Positions 25,705 through 37,689 of a DNA stretch of 64,000 nucleotides are shown here, in pieces. This DNA comes from Carcharhinus longimanus (lineage: Eukaryota). Positions within the stretch are counted from its first letter, which is position 1. Each line of letters starts with the position of its first letter. The stretch is taken from NCBI GenBank assembly GCA_030264375.1, contig JASCQW010000190.1, positions 25,568,497 to 25,632,496 of the forward strand, in the 5' to 3' direction. Made by a program: the position numbers and the translations under genes. The notes beneath the pieces are model-generated. The model was given only the letters and a program-made list of their open reading frames with translations. It had not been told where the DNA came from and ran no database searches.

Positions 25705-26350
25705 ATGATGGCATAATGGTTAGCCCTGCTGCCTCATAGCGCCGAGGGTTCAATTCCTGGCTTGGGTCACTGTCTGTGCAGGGTTTGTACGTTCTCCTCA
25801 TGTCTGCATGGATTTCCTCCGGGTGCTCTGGTTTCCTAACACAGTTTGAAAGGCATGCTGGTTAGGTGCACTGGCGATGCTAAACTCTCCATCAGTGTAC
25901 ATGACACATGTATTGGGATACAGTCATTTTCTGGTGACTATGGAATCATAGAATCCTAAAGTGCAGAAGGAGGCCATTCCCCTGCACCAGCCACAATCCC
26001 ACCCTGGCCATATCCCCATAAGTAAAAAGTCTGACAACACCCCACATCATATCCCCATAACCCCATGCATTTACTTCAGCTGGTTCCCTGACACTAAGGG
26101 GCAATTTAGCATGGCCAATCCACCTAACCCACACATCTTTGGACTGGGGGAGGAAAATGGAGCATCTGGAGGAAACCCACACAGACACGAGGAGACAGTG
26201 CACGCTACTAAAGGAATTGAACATTGGTCTCTGGTGCTGTGAGACAGCAGTGCTAACCAGTGTGTCACCGTGCAGCCTACGGATTTTCACAATACCTTCA
26301 TTGCAGTGTTAATATAAGCCTATTTGTGACACTAATAAATAAATAAATAA
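25705..26350 (+). mobile_element. V-SINE with alternative (type-2) tail, split by an HE1 insertion
   Basis: Head and V-domain at 25705-25900. The tail GGATTTTCAC...TTCATTGCAGTGTTAAT...GTGACACTAATAAATAAA resumes at 26281-26350. Confidence 0.8.
25945..26277 (-). mobile_element. HE1-type V-SINE nested in another SINE
   Basis: ATCATAGAATCCTAAAGTGCAGAAGGAGGCCATT ... TGTCACCGTGCAGCC, flanked by CTATGGA / CTACGGA. Confidence 0.85.
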
Positions 26351-28232
26351 CTCCAGAGACAATGTTCGTAGAGCGTGTGGAACATTTCCTTTAGTCCCTT
26401 AAAGATTTTTGGACATAAACATGAATGAGTTTTAAAATAAATATAATATCCTTTGATTTCCTGTTTCATGCTCTTCAGCGGTTTCTCTCTGTAAACTCAC
26501 AATAACAATTCTCCAGAATTGGTATTATTGATCCACACTCCTATACCGCAGGTATCCATTTTCTGTCTCAGCCCATCTTCTGTTTTCAAACCTGAAGATC
26601 CAAGATAATCCATTTCCTTTCCTTCTGCTTCGCTGCCCACTCCTTTTCACTCTTTGTTCCTTTCAGACTTGTGTAATGAACGGGGGAATGAAGTATTCAA
26701 ACTGCTGAGTAAAGTATCAACAAAGGTGCTGAAAAACGGAGGCTTGATAAAAGAAAGAACTTGCATTTACACATCTTTTACATCCTCTTGATATCCCAGA
26801 GCACTTCATAACCAACAATATATTTTGGAAATGTCATCATTATTATCTTGTGGGAAAATGTTGCTGCCAATTTGCTAACAATAAAACTCTACACAGAGTA
26901 ATTACCAGATCATTTGATACGGTGGCTGTAATGTTCTTAAATGATTGAATGGTCTGACGAAAGAAATATATTCTGGAAATTGATTTTCTAAGAGTAACCG
27001 AGAGAGAATAGAAAAACAGCAGCTACTAAACGGTTAATTTGTTGAAGGCTTCATATGAGAAAGAAAAATATCTGACTGGTGTAGCAGAGATTAATCCTAG
27101 GAATGTGGGATTGGGTCACAATGTTAAGGGAGCTTGATCCAGCCTGTACTTTTCATAACTTTCAAGTGCTTGATTGTGGCAGTGCATGCAAAAAGCAGAA
27201 ACTACGTCCTTATTCAGAAAATTATCTTTCATCATGATTAGTGACATCAATTGCAGCATCCCAAAAGACAGAAATAGGTAGCTGTAGCTATTAGAGAGGA
27301 GGCGGATAGGCTTAGATTGTAAAATTATATGCTAATCTTTTTTTTCCATTTCTCCAAGTCCCCTCTTCAGATTCATGTGAGTTGCTACCAGAGCTTCCCA
27401 CTTTGGAGCAGCTACTGAGCTAAACAAAGCCTGGCTCATCTTCTGATTTTGCTGTCAGTACTCACAGGGTAGGCAGTTGACATCTGCACCCATTGATTAT
27501 TATGCTGGGCTTGGAAATGAATTTTTTGAACTCCTATTAAATACAGCACATGAAGACATGAGATGGGTTAGGATTGGCAGTAAAAGGTTTTTAATACTTT
27601 GGGATATAGATAAAAATAAAAGTGCCAGTATTTCCTCTGATTTGGACTTGCACCAATTTGTAATTGTAATGGCACATTTTTGAGACTATTTATCTTTGTA
27701 TATGCAGTCGAATGGGAATAAACTAGTCTTCATTTGGGTACGTTTGAACTCATTGTGCTGCTCACAGTCTCTTTTTTGTCTTGCAAAGATTCATAGTCTG
27801 CAACAAGGGGGATTGTAAATATTCCTGGCTGAACAAATTTGGATTAGAGATGTTTTGAGAAAACCAATACAGGTCCTGTGTATTTTTCTTTGCTATTTGG
27901 ACGCTGAAGATGGCTGCATCATCAGGTAGTATTGGGCAACTGAGGGAATATAGCCATGGCCGAGGATGTCTTGGTGAAGGGTACAAGAACCCTTGATGCC
28001 CTTGATGATCTGACTGTATATGATGTAAGGGGGAAAGGAAAAGGGCAGTATTTCTGACTGAAGCAGACCCATAAGTGTATGAGACACTCAACCCAGTAAA
28101 GCCAAAAGACATGCCACTCTTAGACATTTTGTATGATCTTTAGCAGCAATACCTTGCCAAGCCACTGGAGATTGCATAAAGCCATCAGTTTGCAACAAGG
28201 AATCAGTTACCCAGTGAGGGCATTGAGAGTTT

Positions 28233-28334
28233 GGCCAGAATTTTACTGCCATACCCGCCCAGAAACAGAATTCTCCATTAGCCTCAGGCAGGATTTGACT
28301 AACTTCTCCCGAACAAGGTTGTAAAATACTGGCC
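28233..28334. mobile_element. MITE (inverted relative at ~44533-44633)
   Basis: GGCCAGAATTTTAC ... GTAAAATACTGGCC TIRs. The internal GAATTCTCCATTAGCCTCAGGCAGGATTT matches the reverse complement at ~44570-44600. Confidence 0.7.
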
Positions 28335-28604
28335 TTTATGTGGCTTTGAAAAAACTTGGTCATTGTAATGTTGGAGAATTTCAAGAGGCAGCATTGCTGA
28401 ACAGGCTTGCATGCGGTTTGAAAAGTAAACACATTGTTGGTGACATTGTCAAAATTAACTTTTGATATATCTTGCCAAACAGCAATGTCCAGGGACATGT
28501 CAGAACGTGACTCAAGAGAAGTTAGTGTTAACAATCACTAGTTGTCTATTGAAGTTAATAAGTTGTAGCTGAGTAAGCAGGATGCTTCAATGATAGCAAT
28601 TAAT

Positions 28605-28756
28605 AGTAAGAAGTCTTACAACACCAGGTTAAAGTCCAACAGGTTTATTTGGTAGCAAACACCACTACCAAATTACCAAGTTTGCTACCAAATAAACCTG
28701 TTGGACTTTAACCTGGTGTTGTGAGACTTCTTACTGTGTTTACCCCAGTCCAATGC
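28605..28756 (+). mobile_element. Penelope-like element end with inverted 5' arm
   Basis: 56-bp inverted repeat (28605-28660 / 28680-28735, one mismatch) continuing GTGTTTACCCCAGTCCAATGC. The same end is seen inverted at 60591-60655. Confidence 0.7.
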
Positions 28757-29398
28757 NNNNNNNNNNNNNNNNNNNNNNNNNNNNNNNNNNNNNNNNNNNN
28801 NNNNNNNNNNNNNNNNNNNNNNNNNNNNNNNNNNNNNNNNNNNNNNNNNNNNNNNNNNNNNNNNNNNNNNNNNNNNNNNNNNNNNNNNNNNNNNNNNNNN
28901 NNNNNNNNNNNNNNNNNNNNNNNNNNNNNNNNNNNNNNNNNNNNNNNNNNNNNNNNNNNNNNNNNNNNNNNNNNNNNNNNNNNNNNNNNNNNNNNNNNNN
29001 NNNNNNNNNNNNNNNNNNNNNNNNNNNNNNNNNNNNNNNNNNNNNNNNNNNNNNNNNNNNNNNNNNNNNNNNNNNNNNNNNNNNNNNNNNNNNNNNNNNN
29101 NNNNNNNNNNNNNNNNNNNNNNNNNNNNNNNNNNNNNNNNNNNNNNNNNNNNNNNNNNNNNNNNNNNNNNNNNNNNNNNNNNNNNNNNNNNNNNNNNNNN
29201 NNNNNNNNNNNNNNNNNNNNNNNNNNNNNNNNNNNNNNNNNNNNNNNNNNNNNNNNNNNNNNNNNNNNNNNNNNNNNNNNNNNNNNNNNNNNNNNNNNNN
29301 NNNNNNNNNNNNNNNNNNNNNNNNNNNNNNNNNNNNNNNNNNNNNNNNNNNNNNNNNNNNNNNNNNNNNNNNNNNNNNNNNNNNNNNNNNNNNNNNNN

Positions 29399-29610
29399 GG
29401 ACACTAAGGGGCAATTTCTTAGCATGGCCAGTCAACCTAACCCACACATCTTTGGACTGTGGGAGGAAACCGGAGTACCAGGAGGAAACCCATGCAGACA
29501 CAAGGAGAATGTGCAAACTCCACACAGACAGTGACCCGAGCCAGGAATCAAACCCAGAACCCTGGAGCTGTGAAGCAGCAGTGCTAACCACTGTGCTACT
29601 GTGCCGATCC
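29399..29610 (-). mobile_element. HE1-type V-SINE (3' part in gap)
   Basis: GACACTAAGGGGCAATTT...GGACTGTGGGAGGAAACCGGAG...GCAGTGCTAACCACTGTG. Confidence 0.85.
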
Positions 29611-29639
29611 ATACAATTGGTTGAGATCCATACGATCCA

Positions 29640-31075
29640 AAGCACAAGGATGTCCAGTCAAAATTCACAGGGCATCACAGTCCAAGTAACATTGGATAGA
29701 ACTCCAATAAACCTAGAGGCTGGCACAGAAGCCTCATTTTTTGAAGAATGAGTTGTCCGTTGATGTTGTGTTATATGGGTAGCCAGTGTTGTAACCCCTA
29801 AAAAATGCAGATTCCAGTTGCTATGTGGCCTTCATGATTAACACTGAGGGATGAGTTTGACAAAGAGTCCAATGTGAAATTATCTTTGGTGGTCAATGTT
29901 AGATAAGGACATGGAAGTTAAACTGTGTAGTGCATGTCAAGTAGTAGAAAAGAAGCCACCATCAGTAGCTTTGGAACCATGGAATTGGATACTTAGAGTG
30001 TGGCAGAGGCTGCACATAGATCTTGCAGAATTTGTAGCAGTTATTCATTGTGATAGATTGTGAAGCGGGTTGAAGGGTTTCCAATAAATCAAAGAACAAT
30101 CAACTAGCAAAACTCTAAATATTTTGGGCAGTTTGTTTGCTGCTTATGGGTTCCCGGGGGAAATTGTGCCTCGGTTCTGTTGAGAAGAGTCTGTAAAATT
30201 TGTAAGAATGAATGGGGTAAAACAAAAAGGATTTCCACTGCGTCAAGCTGCTTCCAAAGGACCAGCAGAGTACATAGTACAAATTATTAAGCATGCTGTA
30301 GTTAAAAAGTTCTAGATACAAATTGGAAGAAACACTTCAACATTGAATGGGGAATATTTTGTTGTAACATACCTCACAGAACTACAGGATGCTAGCAGAA
30401 TGGTTTCCTAGAAAACAACCTAGGATAAGATTTTTATCGTTGAAGTTACATTCAGCACAGTTGGCAGAAGAGAAAAAAATGAGGCAGAGAGTCATAATGG
30501 GGATACAGTGAGTAAAAGAAGTCTCAAGTTCAACTAGAAGTTAAAGTGAAAGAACATCTTCATAAGTGGTTGAAGTGGCAACCAGAACGGGTCCTAAAAC
30601 ATGTGGTCCTCCTACCTATTTAGCCAAGATGTTTGATTGTAGAAAGGTTAGGTTTGTACATATAGATCATGTTTTACCTTCACAGGTTCATGTAGAAGGA
30701 GGGAATTGGGAAGAATTAAATGAGTCTGATGAATTCGATAGTTGGGATACAAGTAGAGTAACAATAGTTACCCCAACACCAATTGAAACCAGTTCAGATC
30801 CAAGTCAGAATCAGACTGACATGCCTGGTAAAGTTGAAAATTTAATTGAAGATCAGTATTACTTTTTGTTTGGAGAAAACGTCTCCTCAGGCCAAATTGG
30901 GTCAAGATCCTGCCCAATTTCTGCAAGTTTAGGTGAAGAAAGGGGATATCTCCTTAGGAATCAAAAACTAGTGATCAAGTTGGATTTATAAATATATAAG
31001 AAGCAAGAAATATGTGCAAGTTGTATGGAATTTGAACTTTGTGTAACTTTTTCATTATGAAGAGTGGAGTGTAAT
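29640..31075 (+). mobile_element. Deleted Ty3/Gypsy LTR-retrotransposon relic (protease + integrase + PPT)
   Basis: Protease-like ITVQVTLDRTPINLEAGTEAS. Integrase motifs LEPW.W..VWQRLHID (~29970-30020), FAAYGFPGEIV (~30135), NGVK and ASKGPAE. C-terminal GPPTYL...RFVHIDH. Purine tract GAAGAGTGGAG followed by TGTAAT at 31070. Confidence 0.75.
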
Positions 31076-32182
31076 TGTTCTTTTTTGTGGTGACTTGTAT
31101 ATGTATATAGAGTTAAAATGGAATAACCTAATTTTCAGTTGGGTACTTTTGAATGCATCTGCTGCACACAGTCTCTTTCCTGATCTGCAAAGTTCTCACA
31201 GTAATTTTAACAAGCCTAACAGACTTTTCTCACATAATGAGCACATCTGTTGTGCATCTGGCATTCCCTAAGCATTGACTCTTAAGTATGTAAGTCTCAC
31301 GTACTCACCAATATGTTAGAACAATATGTTGTTGTGCAGTAACCTTTATTAATTAGCAATTATTCATCACATGGAATAACTTACTAGCTGTTAGGTGTGC
31401 TAGAGACAATATAGTAGGTGACTCACAAGCCCTGCAGTGACTAATTATAATGAAGGGAAGATGTAACCTTTCATTTACAGAGTAAGAGGCCAACTCCAGT
31501 AATGGCTGAAATGTCTACCAGAATGACATGCCATTTTGCCTCTTGTGAAATGTGTCACTTTTTTGGCAATTGACAAAACTAAAAAGATGTATATTTAATT
31601 GCAACATTTTTGTTTTGGCAGAAGCTGGTTTTAATTATTACAATGCACTCTACTGACTTTTCACAATTTCCCCTTTCTGAGTACAAGGCCTTTTCGGCTT
31701 TATAAATGTCACATCTAGTGGGACAATTTACATCATTTGAATGACAGGTTTTTGTACAAAATTCTACTTAGAAGTCAACTTTTGTTTTCATTCTCATGAA
31801 AGATCATTGACTAGAAATGTTGAACGAGAGTTTTCCTCAGGTTTAGGATCTTGGTATCAGGGCCAAATGAGAACCCCGAGGCCACACTCACCCGGCAGTG
31901 AAACCAGCGATGTAACCCTCCTGAAGGCAACTCCTTAATTAGCCAACATCACAGCTGGCATCCAACAAAGCATGGTGGACATGCTCTTGATGTTCTCAAC
32001 CAACTAGAGGACCATCACCTAGGTAGCCCCACCAGGAGAGGTGGGCATGGGTGAAGCAGGTAGGAGGAGATCACAAAGAACCAGGAACACGGAGATTCAC
32101 TCAGAGAATGAAAATTTAAACGAAAACTCGAGAAGGGCCAAGGCAGTGAGTCCCTCAAAGAGGGGATGAAACCCCTTCCTGG

Positions 32183-32930
32183 AAGTGTTGTGTACAGTAT
32201 TGGTTTCCTTATTTAAGGAAGGATGTAAATACATTGGAATCAGTTCAGAGGATGTTTATTGGACTAATACCTGGAATGGGTGGGTTGTCTTATGAGGAAA
32301 GGTCTTGTATCCATTGGAATTTAGAAGTATGAGAGGCAACCTAATTGAAACATACAAGTTACTGAGAGGACTTGACAGGATGGACGTGGAAAGGATAAAG
32401 TTCATTAGTCATAAGTAGGCTTACATTCACACTGCAATGCCATTCCGGTGAAAGTCCCATTGTTGCCACACTCAGGAGCCTTTTCAGGTACACTGAGGGA
32501 AAATTTAGCTCGGCCAATGCACCTAACCAGCACGTCTTTCGGACTGTGGGAAGAAAACGGAGCACCAGGAGGAAACTCACATGCAGACAAGGGGAGAACA
32601 TACAGACTCTGCACAGACAGTGACCCAAGCTGGGGATGTCTCCTTTTGTTGGAGAATCTAGAACTGGGAGTCGCTGTTTAAAAAGTTGTCCATTTAAGGC
32701 AGTTGAGGAAAGAAAATTCTCTGAGTGTGCTGTGGAATTCTCTTCCTTGAAAATGGTTGAGATAGAGTCTTTAAATATCTTCAAGGTAAAAGCAGACAGT
32801 GAAAGGTTACCAGGGATAGGCAGGAATATGAAGCTGAGGTAAAATTTTGATCAGCCATGAATCTTACTGGATTGTGGTGCTAGCTCCAGGGGCCAAGTAG
32901 CCTCCTCCTGCTTCCAATTCATACATTTGT
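32183..32930 (+). mobile_element. CR1 LINE 3' fragment interrupted by a SINE
   Basis: CVQYWFPYLRKDVNTLESVQRMFIGLIPGM remnant, with 3' UTR ATCAGCCATGA...GCCTCCTCCTGCTTCC. Confidence 0.8.
32397..32633 (-). mobile_element. Type-2-tail V-SINE, 5'-truncated, inside CR1
   Basis: AAGTAGGCTTACATTCACACTGCAATG...ACAGACAGTGACCCAAGC, with GGAT on both flanks. Confidence 0.8.
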
Positions 32931-33809
32931 ATGGTTTGATCTGATTTGATTTGATTTATTATTGTCACATATATAGGGTGTGATACAGTGAAAAGTATTG
33001 TTTCCTTCGCGCTATACAGTTGAAGCATACCGTACGTAGAGAAGGAAAGGAGAGGGTGCAGATTGTAGTGTTACAGTCATACGATAGTGCATTGTTAGAG
33101 AGTTTATAAGAGTTAGAATAGAGTTTTAGAAATATAGAACGATTTGGCTCAGTTTGCAGCCTTTCCTACAGGTGATTTGATTTTTGGGGTATGGAACCCC
33201 CTATTCCCATAGCATCCCCACCCTAACCCACTGAAAGAATGCCACCTCTATGAAGCTTGTGGCTTCCAAGTATGGTCACCGCACCACTAACAAAATGCCA
33301 GCATTGCCACAAAACCATCCCTAATTGGGTGTAAGTTGGTTGCTCTCCTCTGTTCAGTGGGTAGCCATTTTATTTTCTAGGCTGCCCCTGGGAAAATTAA
33401 ATGGGGGAACCATCCTGGATGACCCCACACCACCCACTCCCACGACTCTCTATTTTTCTGGCCCCTTCTCACCTCTAAGAGCCAGGAAAATTCCCTTGTT
33501 AACTCCATTTCTCTCTTTCCATAGATACTACCTGAACTGATGAACATTTCCAGCATCTTCTGTTTGTATTTAATTTGCATTGCATGCTTTGAATAAAATT
33601 GTGCCTCTTACTTAATGAGGTCCAAGTAGGGGGCCATCTTGTAATTTTATAAATTGTTTTGACATTCCAGTTAGCATGATTTTCTCCTCAGCAAGCGTTA
33701 ATGACTCAGATGTTGAATATATGTGGGCAGCAGCTCAAATTGTACAATTTTGAACCTACATTGTAAATTTTACAGAATCATTTTGTGAAGCTTCACAACC
33801 AATGCTCGT

Positions 33810-34280
33810 CCTACCAAAATGCATCACCTCAAATGTCTCCACATTGAACCTCATCTGTCACCTATCAGCCCACTCCATCAACTTGTCCACATTGTTCTGA
33901 AGTTCTACACTGTCCTCCTCACAGTTTACAACTTTCAATTTTTGTTTCATCCACTAACTTTGAAACTAGCTCTGGCACATCAAGACCTAGATCATTTATA
34001 TATAACAGGAAAAATAAATGTCCCGATACTGGCCCCTGGGGTCTTGACTACAAACTTTCCTTCACCCCAAAAAACATCTATTGACTGTTCCTATTATTCT
34101 GTCCATTTTCTACCCACATTGCTGCCGTCCCGTTTATTCTGTGAGCTATAACTTTTCTACAAGTCTATTGTGTGTCATTGTATCAAATGCCTTTTGAAAC
34201 TTCATGTACTCCACATCTAGAGCAGTAACCTCACTCAACCTTCCCGTTCCTTCTTTAAAAAAATCCCCAGCAGGTTAGTT
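33810..34280 (-). mobile_element. CR1 RT fragment
   Basis: TATCAAATGCCTTTTGAAAC reads FQKAFD on the minus strand. CCACATTGAAC.TCATCTG corresponds to QMxFNVE. Confidence 0.65.
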
Positions 34281-34359
34281 ACGTTCAAGGTGATTTTAAA
34301 TGTATTTTACAAATTGTTGGTTACACTAATCCCAATCATTTTTCCCTAATTTGTAACGT

Positions 34360-34925
34360 GGGCTAAGCCAGCATTTGTTCCCTATCCCGTGAGAAGGTAG
34401 TGGTGATTTGCCTCCTTGAAACATTGCTATCCATTTGATGTAGGCACATCCACAGTGCTGTTAAGAAGGGAGTTCCAGAATTTGAACCCAGTTATAATGA
34501 AGGATGGTGTGTAACTTGCAAGTGAACTTGCATCTGGCAGTGTTCCCATTTGCTTTCAAGGCTTGTGGGAGAGATAACGGATTTGGAAGACTCTTATGAA
34601 GCAGGCTTGGCAAATTACTACAGTGCATCTTGTAGATGGCACATACTGCTGCCATAACACACTAGGGACATTAGGAATGTTTAGTGTGGTGAACGAAGTA
34701 CCAAACAGGCTACTTTGTATTGGATGGTGCAGAGATTCGAGTGTTGTTGGAGTTGCACATATCCAGGAAAGTAGAGAAAATTCCATCACACTCCTGACCT
34801 GTACCCTGTGGAGTGTGGAAGGGTGGGTGGGTGGGTGGTGGTGGGTGCGGCGGCAGGGGGCAGGGGGGTGAGGGAGTGGAGCAGTCAGGAGATGAGTTAC
34901 TCATCACAGAATTACCAGTTTCTGA
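34360..34925 (-). mobile_element. LINE 3' fragment
   Basis: Minus ORFs AAVCAIYKMHCSNLPSLL and SWICATPTTL are typical shark CR1/L2-related ORF2 C-terminal sequence. Confidence 0.65.
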
Positions 34926-34927
34926 CA

Positions 34928-35293
34928 TGGGGGAGCGATGGTCTAGTTGTATTATTGCTAGACTATTAATCCAGAAACTCAGCTAATGTTCTGGTGGCCC
35001 AGGCTCGAATCCCACCACAGCATGGTGGGATTCCATCATTGTGGAATTTGAATTCAATAAAAAAAATCTCAAATTAAGAATCTATCGATGATCGAAACAA
35101 TTGTCGGAAAAACCCCACCTGGTTCACTAATGAATTTTAGGGAAGGAAATCTACTGTCCTTACCTGATCTGGCCTACATGTGACTCCAGAGCCACAGCAA
35201 TGTGATTGACTCTCAACAGCCCTCAGGCAACGAGGAATGGGTAATACATGTTGGCCAACCAATGATGCCCATGTCCCATGAATGAATAAAAAA
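34928..35293 (+). mobile_element. Deu-domain SINE (SacSINE1-like), near full length
   Basis: tRNA-like head with GGCTCGAATCCC, Deu core GGTTCACTAATG...GGGAAGGAAATCT...TGGCCTACATGTGACTCCAGAGCCACAGCAATG, and tail CCCATGAATGAATAAAAAA. Confidence 0.82.
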
Positions 35294-36579
35294 GAATGCT
35301 CCTATAGCCCCAATGATTATATGGCTATTCCAGTAGGCAAACTTTGGAATATTGCGGTGAAGGATTCAGTGAGTGTTAGATCATATATAAGCGAGTCTGG
35401 TTAGCATTACAGATTTCCCTCCCTAAAGGATATCAGTGAACCAAATGGGTTTTTACAACAATATTTATGTTTCAAAGTCAGCATTAACTTGAGAAGATTT
35501 TTATTCCAAATTTATTAATTGAATTTAAATTCCACTGAGCAGTCAGGGCCAAATGTTTTTTAAGCTCAGGCCACTGTCTTACTAACAACAGTAGCATTGT
35601 CATACCATTCCTATTAATTTAATTCCACAGAAGATGAATCTTTCCTAGTTGAAAGTCAGCTAGTGTTTTATTTTCCACTCTTAAACTGCTCAGTGCTGAA
35701 GGAGAAAGAGGAAGGAATCCTAAAATGCCACCTGTGAACGTGTCAGCACAAATCATTCAAGCCATAGATCATAGCCCGAATGTGATAATAGAGTTTATCA
35801 CAAAATAATAGCAATAACACAGCCTGTCTGATATCCTTATTCCGCGAATATATTTTGTGGGATGCGATCAACCACTTTTTGTTACACTGTCTGTGTGAAT
35901 TCAGTCATATAATAATGCAGCGTGAGACACTGTCCAGGATTATGATGGTTAGTCAGTGTGAGACACAGAATTGTACACGTTTAGATCAAATGCAGACAAT
36001 TAGTCCAACTTCTATCAATGGAATTTCCTGAACACTAACTAATTTCAACAATATCATCCTTTGTGGAGTAGATTTGCTCAGAAATTCACTGATGTGATAG
36101 TCAATTCCACCTAGATTGGAAATGCATTAAATGTAATTCCAATGTATTTCAAAAGCTGTCGATGTGATTTAACAATAGACCATTATTACTGTCGCACAAT
36201 AGGAATCTAAAAGTATTCTTATTGGTGCTGCTTGGTTGAGTTGTATGGATCATTAAAATCAGTTTTATTGCTGATTCATGAATCCAGAGTTTCACTGACA
36301 TCTGCATAGGTCCACTCCTAGTCCCATCATTATGAATGCTTGGCTAAGCTCTCAGACAACCATTACTCTTATTGAAATAACTATTCTCCAGATTAAACAT
36401 TTATTTGATTGACAGCTGAGGCTTTCTGATCTCTGCTGGCAATTTCACAATGTTCTTTTGTGAACATATGAAAATACAAATGAGGAGAAGGTCATTGGTT
36501 ACAAGAGCAGGTCAAAGGCTGGGAATGCTGCACCATCTACAAATACAAGTCAGAAGTGTGATGAAATACTTTCCAATTT

Positions 36580-36733
36580 TTAAGACCCTTGTCAGGCCTC
36601 ATTTAGAGTATTGTGCGCAGTTCTGGTCGCCTCACTATAGGAAAGATGTAGAAGCAATTGAGAGGGTACAGAGGAGATTTACAAGGATGTTGCCTGGACT
36701 GGGAGGCATGCCTTATGAAGTTAGGTTGAGGGA
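36580..36733 (+). mobile_element. Young CR1 LINE fragment (rest in gap)
   Basis: KTLVRPHLEYCAQFWSPHYRKDVEAIERVQRRFTRMLPGL. Confidence 0.88.
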
Positions 36734-37689
36734 NNNNNNNNNNNNNNNNNNNNNNNNNNNNNNNNNNNNNNNNNNNNNNNNNNNNNNNNNNNNNNNNNNN
36801 NNNNNNNNNNNNNNNNNNNNNNNNNNNNNNNNNNNNNNNNNNNNNNNNNNNNNNNNNNNNNNNNNNNNNNNNNNNNNNNNNNNNNNNNNNNNNNNNNNNN
36901 NNNNNNNNNNNNNNNNNNNNNNNNNNNNNNNNNNNNNNNNNNNNNNNNNNNNNNNNNNNNNNNNNNNNNNNNNNNNNNNNNNNNNNNNNNNNNNNNNNNN
37001 NNNNNNNNNNNNNNNNNNNNNNNNNNNNNNNNNNNNNNNNNNNNNNNNNNNNNNNNNNNNNNNNNNNNNNNNNNNNNNNNNNNNNNNNNNNNNNNNNNNN
37101 NNNNNNNNNNNNNNNNNNNNNNNNNNNNNNNNNNNNNNNNNNNNNNNNNNNNNNNNNNNNNNNNNNNNNNNNNNNNNNNNNNNNNNNNNNNNNNNNNNNN
37201 NNNNNNNNNNNNNNNNNNNNNNNNNNNNNNNNNNNNNNNNNNNNNNNNNNNNNNNNNNNNNNNNNNNNNNNNNNNNNNNNNNNNNNNNNNNNNNNNNNNN
37301 NNNNNNNNNNNNNNNNNNNNNNNNNNNNNNNNNNNNNNNNNNNNNNNNNNNNNNNNNNNNNNNNNNNNNNNNNNNNNNNNNNNNNNNNNNNNNNNNNNNN
37401 NNNNNNNNNNNNNNNNNNNNNNNNNNNNNNNNNNNNNNNNNNNNNNNNNNNNNNNNNNNNNNNNNNNNNNNNNNNNNNNNNNNNNNNNNNNNNNNNNNNN
37501 NNNNNNNNNNNNNNNNNNNNNNNNNNNNNNNNNNNNNNNNNNNNNNNNNNNNNNNNNNNNGTATGATCCCCGGGCACAGCGTGTGAGACATGTACATGTT
37601 GTAAACATCAGTGGGACCAAAGGATCCCACTGCTGGCTAACGGCTGACTGCCTCCAGCCCTGGAAAATATGCCACAGGAGGACAGAAGT

